The position numbers were made by a program, and so were the translations under genes. The notes beneath the pieces were generated by a model. The model saw nothing but the letters and a program-made list of their open reading frames with translations, was not told where the DNA came from and did no database searches. A stretch of DNA of 63,225 nucleotides, the filler included, from Chiloscyllium plagiosum (lineage: Eukaryota): assembly GCF_004010195.1 (NCBI RefSeq). It is 4 parts of one record of this genome, joined end to end, with 100 filler letters (N's around TTAATTAATTAA, not from the genome) between each part and the next. Parts side by side here need not be neighbours in the genome. Positions count along the whole stretch, not along the records: positions 16,142 to 36,227 come from NC_057711.1; positions 36,328 to 54,524 come from NC_057711.1; 2 more parts are not named here. One strand, written 5' to 3'. This document shows positions 28,559-42,389 of this stretch, piece after piece. Each line of letters starts with the position of its first letter. Positions within the stretch are counted from its first letter, which is position 1.

Positions 28559-28733
28559 CACTAGTTTAGTGTAGACATCCTCTGTAAACTTTGGGTCTTT
28601 GAATTTGGATTCAACAGGAAATGTATATCTGACCAACCATTCAAGAAGTGGTAGATCCAAGCAAGTTCCCATGTTGGGATATTGTGATGCATGGATATGT
28701 GTGTCAACTAGCCCTGGAATAAAGAATTCCTCT
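28559..28733 (-). CDS. GDA: GDA coding exon 3 (175 nt), contains the HxH metal-binding motif
   Basis: Acceptor ctttttatttcag|, A-EEFFIPGLVDTHIHASQYPNMGTCLDLPLLEWLVRYTFPVESKFKDPKFTEDVYTKLV, donor |gtatgt; amidohydrolase motif PGLVDTHIH. Confidence 0.97.
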
Positions 28734-30471
28734 CTGAAATAAAAAGAATAAAAATTATTTAACGTTTAATTCAATTTAATGCAGTTCATGAAGGACAACA
28801 GCAATAAAGTTAAGATTTACACACAAAGTGATTTGATTGCTTATTCATTATTGGCTTAAAAACAATCAACAGTAGAACAATGAAATAAAAGCCATCATAT
28901 TAGAAAGAAAATTGCAGACCCCAAAGCTTCTGTGTTCAAAAGTCAACATTTACACTGCATTTCTCTGATAGAGTCAAGGCACACTGGGATTTGATGGGAT
29001 TACATGGAATTTTCTAGCACAGAAACAGGCCATTCAGTTCATGATGGAGTTTGTGCTCCACACCAGCCTCTTCCAACTGAATCTTCATCTCATCCTATTT
29101 CTCCCTGATCTGTTTATGTGGCCTCTTGTTAAATGTATCAATATTACCTCAAGTGCTCCACATAACAGCAAGTTCTACATTCGCATGAAAGATTTTTCTC
29201 CTAAATTCTCTATGGGTCTTATTCGTTACCACTCCCCTGTGACTATGAGAATGGCTGTTCTTCATTCTACACTATCCCTGCCCATCACTCCTTCCTTATT
29301 CCTCATCACCCTCTATCCTTCGACATCACCTCTCCCTGTTCAGCCCCCATTGTAGCAGTCACATTAAAAGTTTAGCATTATGGAACATAATGATGTCCAG
29401 CATTCTATATTCTTTGTGACTTCTGGTCTCCCATCAGCCAAGAATGCAGTGTTCCACTGTAAGGGCGATGCTGTTTGCTTGGAATTGTACACATCATCAG
29501 CAATAACAAAATGCATTAATATAACCCTTTTATTTTCACAAAATGTCCCAAATCACTTCCCAGAGTTGTTTAACCAAACCAACTCACAGACAGGACAGAT
29601 GATCAATAGTTAATTTGAAGTGGCACATATTAAGGTACATCTTAAAAGAATGGCTTGAGCCCCAGGCAGCTGAAGGTATGATTGCTCATGGTAGGACAAT
29701 GGAAACCTAAGAGAATATCCAAGAGGCCAAAGCCAGAGGAGCACAGAGATCTCATGATCCCTATAATGGCTGGAGGAGGTTACAGAGATAAGGAAGAATA
29801 AGGGATAAAAGTGCAACTCATAGAAAAAATGGTTTTCTACTCAAGAAGCCTTTCACTTCATTCCTCATTCCCCATAGAGTTAGTTCCACAGCCAACACCC
29901 ACAATTCTCTTGCTGGAAAAAGACGACAAAGACAAGAGAAGTCTCCCATGCTCAGTGTGCCACTGCCCGCCATAGAAATAAGGAACAAAAATGGGTAAAT
30001 GGTCAAAATAAGGGATAATCCCCTTTTAATATGAGGCAATTGGTCACCTTGTCCTTGGAAAGCTCTCTGTTGCAAGACGATTACTTCACAAAACGGCTTT
30101 TGCTCTGGACACTTGAGTGTCTTTGAGCCCAGTTCCTTCTGAAATCAGCTTTTCCAACTACTCACCATCCTTATTTAATGTCTGAGGGAAGCATTATACC
30201 AAAGTTGGGAAACAAAGTGGGATATTTCTTCTGAGTAGATTGTGAAATAAGTAGATAGTGAACAAGAAAACATGGAATAAAAGTAGAAGAAGCTGGAGCT
30301 GTAAATCAAAAACACTTTAAGATAGAAACATTTAAGAATTAAGGTTACAAACATTTTATTCATGTTGCAAAATCTCTAATGTGCTTTTAGAGATTTTCAC
30401 TGCAAACTCATACAACTTTCATGCAATACATAGCTAAGGAATGAGGATATTGTTTGATGGTATTCACTAAC

Positions 30472-30560
30472 CTTTCTCGAAGTACTCTGATGTTCTTTTT
30501 CTGGAAATGCCATGCTTGGGATAACTCTTCCTCTTTATCAACATTCTCGATGAAAACAAT
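30472..30560 (-). CDS. GDA: GDA coding exon 2 (89 nt)
   Basis: Acceptor ttcttgttaccacatag|, IVFIENVDKEEELSQAWHFQKKNIRVLRE-AG, donor |gttagt; phase 0 to 2; resembles GDA IVFLEEASQQEKLAKEWCF. Confidence 0.92.
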
Positions 30561-30865
30561 CTATGTGGTAACAAGAAATGTGGCTTAATTCAGTTGTTCC
30601 TGATTGGAATGTTGAGGGCGGAAATTTTTACAACCCTGAACAACATGGGCTGAGGTGAGAAATCTGGTGCAATTGCATGAGCAGCCCAGCAAGGCCTTTC
30701 TCGATGTTGGGAGCATCTAGTATGGCATCAAGTTAGGATTCTCACTAGAAAGTGACGAGATGCCTCTAACAGAGATTATTGTTCATTACCACCCACATTA
30801 ACATTAGGTCTTATGTCATTAATATGCAGGTTTCTCTTCTACCAGAGAGAAACTACAATCTGAGA

Positions 30866-31501
30866 ATTGAAAGTAGAGTCGCAGGTAGATAGGATAGTGA
30901 AGAAGGTGTTTGGTGTGCTTTCCTTTATTGGTCACAGTATTGAGTACAGGAGTTTGGAGGTCATGTTGCGGCTGTACATGACATTGGTTAGGCCACTTTT
31001 GGAATATTGCATGCAATTCTGGTCTCCTTTCTATCGGAAAGATGTTGTGAAACTTGAAAGGGTTCAGAAAAGATTTACAAGGATGTTGCCAGGGTTGGAG
31101 AATTTGAGCTATGCGAAGAGGTTTAATAGGCCGGAGTTGTGTTCCCTGGAGCATCGGAGACTGAGGGGTGACCTTCTAGAGGTTTATAAAATCATGAGGC
31201 GCATGGATAGAGTAAATAGGCAAGGTCTTTTTCCTGGGGTGGGGGACTCCAGAACTAGAGGGCATAGGTTTAGGGTGAGAGGGGAAAGATATAAAAGAGA
31301 TCTAAGGGGTAACTTTTTCACGCAGAGGGTGGTACGTGTGTGGAATGGGCTGCTAGAGGAAGTGTTGGAAGCTAGTACAATTGCAACATTTAAAGGCATC
31401 TGGATGGGTATATGAATAGGAAGGGTTTGGAGGGATATGGGCCAAGTGGGACTAGACTAGGTTAGGATATCCGATCTGCATGAGCGGGTTGGACCGAAGG
31501 A
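30866..31501 (+). mobile_element. CR1 3' fragment
   Basis: LVRPLLEYCMQFWSP...RRLRGDLLEVYKIM...NFFTQRVVRVWN. Confidence 0.92.
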
Positions 31502-32987
31502 TATCACAAGCACCGTCATTTGCTACCCTGGGTTCTATAACCAACTCCAAATGTTATTACGCGGGAGAGTTGGCTGGAACTTTTCTTGATGTCTTCACCA
31601 TGTCTCCTGACATAAGGTATTTCTTCACAGTTGCTAATGTCCAGAATTGCTGCTGAAATCAAGGATTCCCCAGGCTGCTTTTTATACAGATCTCTGTACC
31701 AAGTGCATGCCTTATTTGGAATAATCTGCCACAGTAGGGTTTGAACCCATTCTCCAGAGCATTAGTGGGTCTCTGGATTAACAGTCAAGCAATAATACCA
31801 CGAGGTCATCACCTCCCCAGTGTCAGCTCTCTCATCGGTTCCGTATTAGGTTAGCGCAGTGTAGACAGTTTTACCTAATGACCCCAAGGAAGGACAGTCA
31901 GCAGTTTCATAAGGTTCAGAGGCCATGAAGCAAATCTGGATAAACACGTAATATCACTCGCACGATACAAATAACAGATGATGCAAGCTGACCATATCCA
32001 TGAAATGCACACAAAAAGCAGAAGTTCTGATAAAATTATGTGGAGTCACAAGGATTGAAATATCCAAAAGAGTTAGGGTACAAAAGCATAGCTTGCTCTT
32101 GCATAAGATCATTGACTTGAAGTTATATTTCCAACCAATGTATCACGTAACCATTAGGATACAAAACTGTATGATGTTATTTTGATTACAGCTGGTAAAG
32201 TGCTTTGGAAACTGCCTCTAGTGATCACCGTCCTCTGCGTGGTTAGGAGCTCCAAATAAAAATCAATTCGTTCTACTCATCACAGGACTCAAGACTCCTC
32301 TTTGAAATCTCTCCCCATCAGCAGTAGTCCACATTGAAGTCCAGGAAGACTCATGTCAGTCAAGGGGGCCTCATACAATAAGGCAATGGCAGCATCCAGG
32401 ATCAGTCCAGCAACATTTATATAGTCAGGCATGCGCTCAGGAGGAAGCCTATGGAATTGACAGGAAGAGTTCTCAGGAAAGGGAAATTGATGTTTGGGGG
32501 TTCACCTGTACACAGAGGTTGAGCCTGGAACTCATTGACTGTAGGCTACTTCCTTTAGACTTTGAGATGGGGCTGGTTGCTTTCACGTGTTTGCCATGTT
32601 TGTTGCTGATGAGATTTACATAGTGATGAACCAGACAGCAATAGTTCACCCCCTTGATTGAAGACGACTGACCAGCATGACAAGCTGCCTGGCTATGTCT
32701 ATGTACTAAGTAGCAAGGCAATGCAGCAGTTCTGTGAGCCTTTCAGCTTTGGCCAAACTGTGAAAAGCCAAGGCAAGGAACAGTACGGCCAGGAAAGGAT
32801 GCTGAGGGCATCCAAGTTGGTGCTGAGTGAATGAGTGCTAAAAGTGCAAGAGAAGAACCCTGAGATGAAGCCTGGCTCAATCTGTGAGCTGAGTGCGTAT
32901 CCCTGAATGCAATGTGTCTTTGTAGCAGCATTGCAATGATCATTTCTGGTGGACCCCAAAGTATACAGTAAGTGAAGATGTGTTGTC

Positions 32988-34080
32988 ATTGTGAAGAAGG
33001 CATTTGGTATGCTTTCCTTTATTGGTCAGAGTATTGAGTACAGGAGTTGGGAGGTCATGTTGCAGCTGTACAGTACATTGGTTAGGCCACTTTTGGAATA
33101 CTGCATGCAATTCTGGTCTCCTTTCTATCGGAAAGATGTTTGTTGGATGCCAGTGTGTGTGGATGTGGGGTGGGGGTGGCTGCTGTTTTGGAGTATGCCC
33201 TGAGATGTTGGTACTACGTGACCAAGATGGAGGTCCACAGCAGCAAGTATTGAGTTGGAGTTGCTAGGGCCTACTCTGACTTCCTAGTTTCTATCCAATG
33301 TGTGGTTATATAGGAACCTGCATATTATTGGGGCAAACTTCAATGTGAATGACTTGTTAATAGGCATCTCTTCATGCTCGAGCAACAATCTCATCTCACC
33401 ATCCTGAACTCTTTGGAAAATGTTCCTTGCTGTTCCTGACACCGAGAAAAATCTCACTGAACTTCTCAATAAGACCATAAGTTACAAGAGTGATTCTCCC
33501 TAATTTCTCACAAAAGTCCAAGGTATTCAGGGCTCTATAAGACTCTTAAAGTTTGGTTCTCTCTCCATAGCTTCCTGTTTCCTGACATTTTGAGTATTTC
33601 CAGCATTTTCTTTTCCATATTTCAGATTTGCATTCAGTAATTGCAGTAATTTGCTTTTGGAAATACTTGGGGCTATTTTCCCTGGAGCATCAGAGGCTGA
33701 CGAGTCATCTTAAAGAGGTTTATAAAATCATTAGGGGCATGGATAGGGTAATTAGACAAGGCCTTTTTCCCAGGTTAGGTGAGTCCAAAATTAGAGGGCA
33801 TAGGCTAAAGGTGAGAGGGGAAAGATTTAGAAATGAACTGAGGGGTAACTTTTCACGCAGAGAATGGTGTGTACATGGAATGAGCTGTCAGAGGAAGTGT
33901 TGGAGACAGCTACAATCACAACATTTAAAAGACATCTGGATGGGTATATGAATAGAAAGGGTTTAGAGGGATATGGGCTGGGTGCTGACAAATGGGACTT
34001 GGCCAGATTGGGATGTCTGGTTGGTGCAGATGAGATGGACCAGAGAGTCTGTTTCCATGCTGTATAACTCCATGACTTTC
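32988..34080 (+). mobile_element. Two CR1 3' fragments (32988-33140 and 33670-34080)
   Basis: LVRPLLEYCMQFWSP and ESKIRGHRLKVRGE motifs. Confidence 0.85.
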
Positions 34081-35359
34081 ACTTCTACAGTGGTTTCCAA
34101 AGCACTTTACAGCTTTAAGTACTTTTGAAGTAAAGAACTACTCCAATGCAGGAAATGCAGCCATTGGTTTACACTCAGCATAGCCCCACAAATACCAACA
34201 TGATAAAGAACCTAATAATCTGCCTTGCTGGTGATGTTGATTGATAGTTTAAAAGATGTCATGGCGAAACCAGTGACATGGGATCTTTTATTTCTGAGGC
34301 CTCAACATTTCTTTTCATGATGGCAACTCTGACAGTGAAACATTCCTTCAGTAATGCACTGACAAATAAGGCTGAATACGGGGCTCAGGTGTTATTTTGA
34401 TGTGACCTTCTGGAGTATGAAGCAATGTGAATGTTTCCTGAAGGTATTTGAAGAGAAAGGAGGTGAGGGCCTTTTCTCTCTCTCTGTCCTGTTTGTGGCA
34501 TCATTGTTCATCGTCCCAGTGGAGAGGAGCCGGGTTGGTACAATCCAAATGCACAACCCCTACAACCCAGCAGGTGTCCTCACCTTCCTTGCAGAGTATG
34601 CACAGCACCAACATGGTGGACTCCTTCAGAGTGTGGACCAGCAAGTGGCAGGTCAAGGTGACCCTGAAGTGGTGAAGGAGTCACATAAGATCACACTGTA
34701 TGCAGATGATGTTCTCTTCTTATCAAACCCAACAGTCTCAGTGCCACACCGGATAAAATGCATCAATCTATTTGGTAGCTTCTCAAGTTATAAGATCAAT
34801 TTTGTGAAGTCAGAGGCCATGCCCATGGATCGTCTCCAAAGAGTGCCTGCTCGTGAGGGCAGATCTCTGTTCCCCTTTGGATGGTCGCAAGAGGGCTTTC
34901 TCTACTTAGGTATATTTATTACTCCCATTTTTGATCGGCTAGTTAAAGCCAATTTTGCTCATTTATTCAAAAGAATCGAGCAGGATCTTCATAGATGGGA
35001 GGTTCTTCTGACCTCTTGGTTCGGTTGGATAGCCCTCATTAAAATGAACATTCTGCCCCACCTATTGTATCTTATGCAAATTCTTCCTCTGCTTTTTACT
35101 AAGCAAATATTTAGAAGACAGAGCGGTTGGTTTAGTTCTTTTATCAGATATCGCAAGCAGTCCCTAATTAAATTGACTAAATTGCAGTTACCTTACAGAC
35201 TGGGAGGCGTGGGCATCCCAGATATCAAAAACTATCAGTTCAGGGGGAGCCTCACTCACTTTGGTTGGACATTGAAGATCTCAGGCAAGATGCCCCCTTA
35301 TTAGCCTGCTGTTCTTAGACAAAATGAGAACAGTTAAATATTGCCGTAGCCCAATAGTC

Positions 35360-37270
35360 ATAGAGTCATAGAGTCATAGAGATGTACAGCATGGAAACAG
35401 ACCCTTCGGTCCAACCCGTCCATGCCGACCAGATAGCCCAACCAATCTAATCCCACTTGCCAGCACCAGGCGCATATCCCTCCAAACCCTTCCTATTCAT
35501 ATACCCATCCAAATGCTTCTTCAATGTTGCAATTGTACCAGCCTCCACCACATCCTCTGGCAGCTCATTCTATACACGTACCACCCTCTGTGTGAAAAAG
35601 TTGCCCCTTAGGTCTCTTTTATATCTTTCCCCTCTCACCCTAAACCTATGCCCTCTAGTTCTGGACTCCCCAGCCCAGGGAAAAGATTTTGCCTATTTGC
35701 CATGCCCCTCATAATATTGTAAACCTCTATAAGGTCACCCCTCAGCCTCCAACGCTCCTGGGAAAACAGTCGCAGCCTGCTAAGCCTCTCCCTGTAGCTC
35801 AGATCCTCCAACTCTGGCAACATCCTTGTAAATCTTTTCTGAACCCTTTCAAGTTTCACAACATCCTTCCAATAGGAAGGAGAGCAGAATTGCACGCAAT
35901 ATTCCAACAGTGGCCTAACCAATGTCCTGTAAAGCCGCACCATGACCTTCCAACTCCTGTACTCAATACTGTGACCAATAAAAGAAAGCACACCAAACAC
36001 CTTCTTCACTATCCTATCTACCTGCGACTCTACTTTCAAGGAGCTATGAACCTGCACTCCAAGGTCTCTTTGTTCAGCAACACTCCCTAGGACCTTACCA
36101 TTAAGTGTATAAGTCCTGCTAAGATTTGCTTTCCCAAAAGGCAGAACCTCGCATTTATCTGAATTAAACTCCATCTGCCACTTCTCAGCCCATTGGCCCA
36201 TCTGGTCAAGATCCTGCTGTAATCTGANNNNNNNNNNNNNNNNNNNNNNNNNNNNNNNNNNNNNNNNNNNNTTAATTAATTAANNNNNNNNNNNNNNNNN
36301 NNNNNNNNNNNNNNNNNNNNNNNNNNNGTGCTACGTTCCCCTGAGAATCCATCACCCCCTACATTTTCCAAAACAGTATTACTGTTTGAAATGGGTATAT
36401 CCACAAAAGATTCCTGCTCTAGCTGCCTACCTCTCTTACCCTTCCTGGAGTTAACCCATCTATGGGACTGTATCTGAGACTTTCTCCCCTTTCTATAACT
36501 GCCATTCATCATATACTGTAGCTGTTGCAAATTCCTCATCGCTTCTATTTGTCTCTCCAACCGATTCACTCGATCTGATAAGATTCGCATCCAACATCAT
36601 TTGTGGCAGATATAATCCGCAGTAACCCTTAAACTCTCTTTAAACTCCCACATCTGACAAGAAGTACATATCACTGCAAAGGCCATTTTTGCTCCTTCAC
36701 AATCCACAGACCCAGAAATAATACCGTCTTATTCCCTCTACAAAACACTGCACCAGGTTAAATTAATAGCTATGGCTTATATTTTAAGTTTAATCAAGAG
36801 ACTTATCTCCAAAAATATATAATCAAGAAAGAACCCACTGTATTCACTAATGCAGCCTTTCTCTTGGACAGACTTAAAACAACAATTAACTTATCTGATT
36901 CTGTGCTGTGAACTTCGCCCTAACCGGATCCTCCAAGATCAGTTGTGAAATTCACTGTTTGTTAATTTTCCCAGATCACTCCGATGTCCAGCGATACACG
37001 AATTCAAACAGCAAAGGCGGTAACTGTGCAGGTTCTCTCTCTCTCTCTCTCCTGCAATGACCTCACCATGTGCTTCCTTTGTCTGCTCTTCTCCCTTTTA
37101 AAACTGCTGTTGTTTTGACTTTTTTTTCAAAAGTTCCAAAACAATGCAACAGCATATAAAACAGTAATTTCTGCTCCTGGAATTCGAGGAAATCACCTCC
37201 AGCACCTAAAATACCTCAAAAAAAAAGAAGCAGCTCTTACAGCCAGAAATTTTTCCCGTCCTCCATCTCA
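35360..37270 (-). mobile_element. Probably full-length CR1 LINE whose middle lies in the scaffold gap
   Basis: (TCTATGAC)n-type tail at ~35360, ORF2 C-terminus ORF 35635-36201, ORF1 start region 36328-36700 and leader up to ~37268. Confidence 0.85.
36228..36327. other. Scaffold gap: 44 N + TTAATTAATTAA + 44 N
   Basis: Linker at 36272-36283. Confidence 0.97.
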
Positions 37271-38559
37271 TCAATACTGTCAAGGCATGGAGGGCATTAT
37301 TGCCAAAATATCATTTCTGACACCCATAGTTGGCATGCCAGGCTTTCAGCCAGGGGTGATGGATTCTGGGTTTAAACTATGGGCAGCTAGGGGCATGTCT
37401 TGCCTGGCTGTTTTATTCGAAGGGGACATATTGATGTCCTTTGACCAGTTGGCTCAGAAATAAGAATTGCCCAGGAGGGACCTCTTTCATTTCTTTCAAG
37501 TTAGAAACTTCATACAACAAGAGACCACACTTCTAACTGATCCGTATAGGTCCAATATGGAGAAGAGGGTGCTGAGTGCTGAGGGTACATAATCTGTTTG
37601 CAACACTTATCATCTATTGGGAGAGGGTCCCTTGGACAAGACTGAATGACTCTATAAGGTCTGGGAGAGGGAGTTGGACATTGAGATCTCTTCTGAAATA
37701 TAGGAGGATATCTAGAAAAATGCAAGAAGGGTTTTGATTTGCAACAGGACCCACACCTTGCAGTTGAAGATTCTCCACAGGATCCATCTGGCCCCAGACT
37801 ACCTCACTAAATTTAAAGCAGGAGCATCTCCAATGTGTCCTAAATGTAAAGTGAGTGTGGGCACCCTTACTCATTGTCTTTGGTCCAGACACAGACTGCA
37901 GGCATACCGGTGCGCTGTGGTAGGCGAAATACAGAAGGCCTCGGGGATGGAAGTGGAGATGGACCCAGTATCTCTTCTTCTTGGCTTTGTTAGTCCACTT
38001 TCATTAGATGCGCAAAAAAAGGCTTTACAGTATCCTCACATTTTTTTTCCAGAAAGAACATTCTATTAGGGTAGATGTCAGAAAATCCCCCAGGGTTGGC
38101 GGGCTGGCGTAAGCTGGTCATGGAGCACATAGCCTTGGACTTTCTTACGAGTATGGTGCAGCATAAAACTGAGAATTTCTACAAGACGTGGCGGCCCTTT
38201 TTGGACTACCTGGGTACAGATTTGTCCACCATACTAATAAGAGCCTTTGTATAGCCATGGCAATTCAATGTAATGAATCTGGTATCCAGAGGGGAGGAAC
38301 GACCAACATATGAATATCTATAAAGGTATGCACTTGATGATCGAGGGCTATTGCTTTGTCTTGCTGAGCTGTATTATGGTTATTAATCATTATTATTATT
38401 GTTAAGACTTTTCTTTTTTATCTTAGTTATTAGTTGATTCTTATTCATGTAATTAACAATTTTTTAAATATTAGTTTGAATTTTTTGGTTTTGTATTTAT
38501 TGTAATATTCAAAAGAAAAGATTTTCCTTTTTTTAATAAAATTATGTTTAAGAAGAAGG

Positions 38560-41500
38560 TGACCTGAAGGTGGATGCCAGTTGGAATATTCTTCACCCCC
38601 CACCCCCTGCCAGCTTCGCTCTGTACCAACCCTGAGGGAGGTTAGGGCACATGGCAGCAGACTGCAAAGTGACACTCTCCAGTAACTGTTAACAGTAACT
38701 GTTAACCTGACTAAGCACTGTCAGGATTCCAAGAGCTGCAACCAGTGTGGAAAATCAGGCCACCTGTACAAGCCTTGCCCAAGACTTCGTGGGGGTGGCT
38801 GGAAACAAATGACCAGAAATTACAACACAGCTGGTGGATCCCAAAAGATGAGGAAAACACTATCTTAGTGCCAGCAACTCTCACTATTCCAGGTCAGTCA
38901 TTCTGACCAGAGACTTCAACTGCATCATTGATGCAGATGGATAATCTGGAGGGACTGGCAGCAAACTGGACTCCAGCTCCAGATTCCTAATGGAAAATGG
39001 CTAAAATCACCAAGCTGCGTGGCTTCTTCAGCACCCCTGTAGTCGGAGTGCAGCGTAGATACACCTGGTCACAGCCAGAATGGGTCCAGCCACTCAAGGA
39101 TAGATTTCCTGTTTGTGTCCCAAGAGTTCACAATTGGATCCACCAATGTCCAGTGTTCTTCGCTAACCACTGCCTCCTGCTGGCCGACTGTCAGCTTTAA
39201 GATAACCGGCAGGCTGGCTAGGGCTCGTGGAAGCTGATTGTGAAACTCTGACCCAGAAAACATTGCGAAATTCGAAAAGGACTACAAAGGTTGGAGAAGA
39301 GTGAAACCCCTCTTTGAGTCTCCAGAAGATCGGTGGGAAACAGTCAAGAGTCTGCACCATGGAACAGGATGAGATATGCTTGTGTATCTATCTCCAGAAG
39401 GTGCACAGGGAGAGCTCTGTGCTCAGCAGCTTGAAGAAACATGATGGGTCTGTTATGTCATCTCAGTCTGACATCCTGAGGATCAGCAAATCCTTTTATG
39501 CCAGACTGTATGACATAAAGCACACAGACAGCATGGCCTCCCAGTCATTCCTGTTCTCTCTGTCTTAGACAACAGCACACGGGAGATGCTGGACAAGCCG
39601 CTATCTCAAGAGTCCTTAAGAAAGAATAAAATTCTCAGAAGCAATGGCTTACTGGCCAAGTTGTTTTCAGCTCTGTGGGACTAGATTGGCCAGGACCTGC
39701 TGGACGTGTAGTACAGTATGCTTCTGGCATGTGTGAATCCATGAGGAACAGTATCATTACTCTCAGCCCCAAGCGGAAGGGGGAGCAGTAGGAAATTAGA
39801 AACTGGCCAAAAGTGAGGATTGCCACAGAATACACCAGATGGCTTCCTTCTTTAGAGACCGCAGTTTCCCTTCCCACGTGGTTGAACATGCCCTTCAAAG
39901 CATCTCATCCACATCCCACACCTCGTCCCTCAAAGCCCCACCCCTCCAACCGTAACGAGGACAGACCCCTCAGTCCTCACCTTCCACCCTACCAAACTTC
40001 GCATAAACCGCATCATTTGCCGACGTTTCCGCCACTTCCAAACAGACCCCACCACCAGGAATATATTTCCCACCCCATCCCTTTCTGCTTTCCGTAAAGA
40101 CCGTTCCCTCAATGACTACCTGGTCAGGTCCACTCCCCCCACAATCCATTACCCCCCCAGGCATCTTCCCCTGCCACCGCAGGAATTGCAAAACCTGCGC
40201 CCACACCTCCTCCCTCACCTCCATCCAAAGTCCTAAAGGAGCCTTCCACATCCATCAAAGCTTCACCTGCACATCCACCAATGTCATTTATTGTATCTGT
40301 TGCTCCCGATGTGGTCTCCTCTACATTGGGGAGACTGGACTCTTCTCGCAGAGCGCTTTAGGGAACATGTCTGGGACAGCCGCACCAATCAATCCCACCG
40401 CCCCGTGGCCTAACACTTCAACTGCCCCTCCCACTCTGCCGAGGACATACAGGTCCTGGGCCTCCTCCACTGCTGCTCCCTCACCACCCGACGCCTGGAG
40501 GAAGAAAGCCTCATCTTCCGCCTCGGAACACTTCAACCCCAGGGCATCAATGTGGACTTCACCAATTTCCTCTCTGACCTATCACCTTCATCCCCACCCC
40601 TATACACCTACTATGCTCTTTGCTGCCCTCTCCCCAGCCCCAACCCCTTCCATTTATCTCTCCACACTGGAGGCTCCCTGCTTTCATTCCTGATGAAGGG
40701 CTTTTGCCCGAAATGTTGATTTTCCTGCTCCTCGGATGCTGCCTGACCTGCTGTGCTTTTCCAGCACTACTCTAAATTAGAAACTGGCGACCAATCTCAC
40801 TGTTGAATGTGAATTATAAAGTTCTGTCTAAGATCATCGCCAACCAGGTCAGGTCTGCTCTGGGAGGGGTGATTCACTCCAACCCAACTGAGCTGTACTC
40901 AGCCAGTTGATCTCTGAGGGCATTGGGCTCCCCAGGAATAGGAATGCCCACATGCAGGGCTGGGGGAGGGGCTTCCTGCCTCATCAGCCTGGACCAGGAT
41001 AAGGCCTTTGACTGGAAATTGCACACTTACATGTGGGAGTGTGCTCTCCAAATGGGCTTTGGGGAGGGAATCCGCAACTGGATCCAACTGCTCTACACCA
41101 GCATCGTTAGTACAGTCTCAATCAACAGGTGGGCATCAGAAAGCCTCCCGCTCAGATCTGGAATCAGGCAGGGCTGCCCACTCTTGCCTGCCTTATTTGT
41201 GTGTTGTATGGAGCTTTTACCTGGGTCTGTCAGGAAGAATGTGACTATTCCAGACAGCCTGCAGATCTAAGTCTCCCTGTACATGGATGATGTCACTATG
41301 TTCCACTCAGATACTCCATCAATGTGCAGAATCATGCAACCGGTTCAAACTGGCCTCAGGGGCCAAGGTAAATCGAGGCAAGAGTGAGGCCATGTTCTTT
41401 GGGAACTGGGTTGACCACTCCTATATCCCCTTCATTGTCAGCACAGACTAACTGAAGGTGCTGGGTTTACGGCTCAGCGGGGCCAGGGCATGTGCAAAAA

Positions 41501-42270
41501 TGTGGGCGATGTGTGTCGCCAAGGTGAGACAGAAGCTGGGCAGGTGGGAGCACTGCTCCCTCTCTATTGTGGGTAAAAATCTAGACTAAAGGTATGAAGT
41601 ACTCTTGCTTTTGCTGCATGTGGTGCAGGTCTGGCCCATCAAACCTGCACCCGTTGTAGTCAGTCAAGCCACCTTCCATTGAAGGTCAAAGATAGACCGT
41701 ATCCACAGGGACACCACGGTACAAACCTCTGGATAAGAGGCAGGAGAAGGCGAACCCAATGCCACCTTCATCCTGATGGTCACCTTTATGTTTGGCTGTG
41801 TCAAACTGTGCATAGATCTTTGGTACACAAACATGATGTGAGGTAGTACCTAGCCCTGTGTAATGAAGGATGGGTCTGGACTTGGTGCTGCAGACTGCTC
41901 CATGTAGTTGGACTGTTTCATATCATTTGTCATTCATATACTAATTTGCAAAGAAAAGCGCTTTGGACCACAAGAGCACAAGGAAGTAAATAACATCCTC
42001 GAGAGCCTACGGAAAAAGGATCCTGTCGGGTGGTTCCCTGAGGAGATTGTCAAAGTCATTTGGCAGAATGCCTCATCATCAGAGTTTTCCAATAAGTACC
42101 AAGATATAGTTGGCTGGTGGTGAGAAGGGCACTACTTGTCAGATCCTTGTCAGACCCAGTCTCTATGCTCCACTGCACATTGCCCTTGAAGAAACTTGGG
42201 GGATGCAGGGGATGGAGAGGTCACTCACCCCCTTCTGGAATGTATCTTTTCAAAGAAGGCCTGGAAAGTG
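38560..42270 (+). mobile_element. Decayed Tx1-like LINE (ORF1 zinc knuckle, endonuclease, RT)
   Basis: CNQCGKSGHLYKPC knuckle ~38735-38780, LDQDKAFD, GIRQGCPL, LYMDDV ~41280. Confidence 0.82.
39808..40773 (+). mobile_element. Penelope 3' part (GIY-YIG endonuclease) nested in the Tx1-like element
   Basis: FTCTSTNVIYCICCSRCGLLYIGETG; flanked by 15-bp duplication AAATTAGAAACTGGC (39793-39807, 40774-40788). Confidence 0.9.
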
Positions 42271-42389
42271 GTTTAATATAGAACAGTATGGCACAGGGGT
42301 CTTTTCAGTTATCAGACCCTCTCAATGCCTCAGAATGAAGGTAAATAGTGCCATACATGAGTCAGAGATGTCTTTCATTTCTACAACAT

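Larger units (their letters stand above)
34670..38260 (+). mobile_element. L1-clade ORF2 3' half, split by a CR1 insertion (35360-37270)
   Basis: ITLYADDVL RT motif, YKINFVKSE, GGVGIPD; resumes at ~37270 and contains CPKC...GTLTHCLW zinc-knuckle region. Confidence 0.85.

Noticed and set aside
30166..30298. Minus-strand segment bounded by acceptor-like and donor-like sites in GDA intron 2
   Set aside because: Stops in all three frames and no GDA similarity; at most a poison exon, unsupported here.
34402..35304. 300-aa ORF, the longest ungapped ORF in the track
   Set aside because: Chance fusion of non-coding sequence to an L1 reverse-transcriptase fragment.
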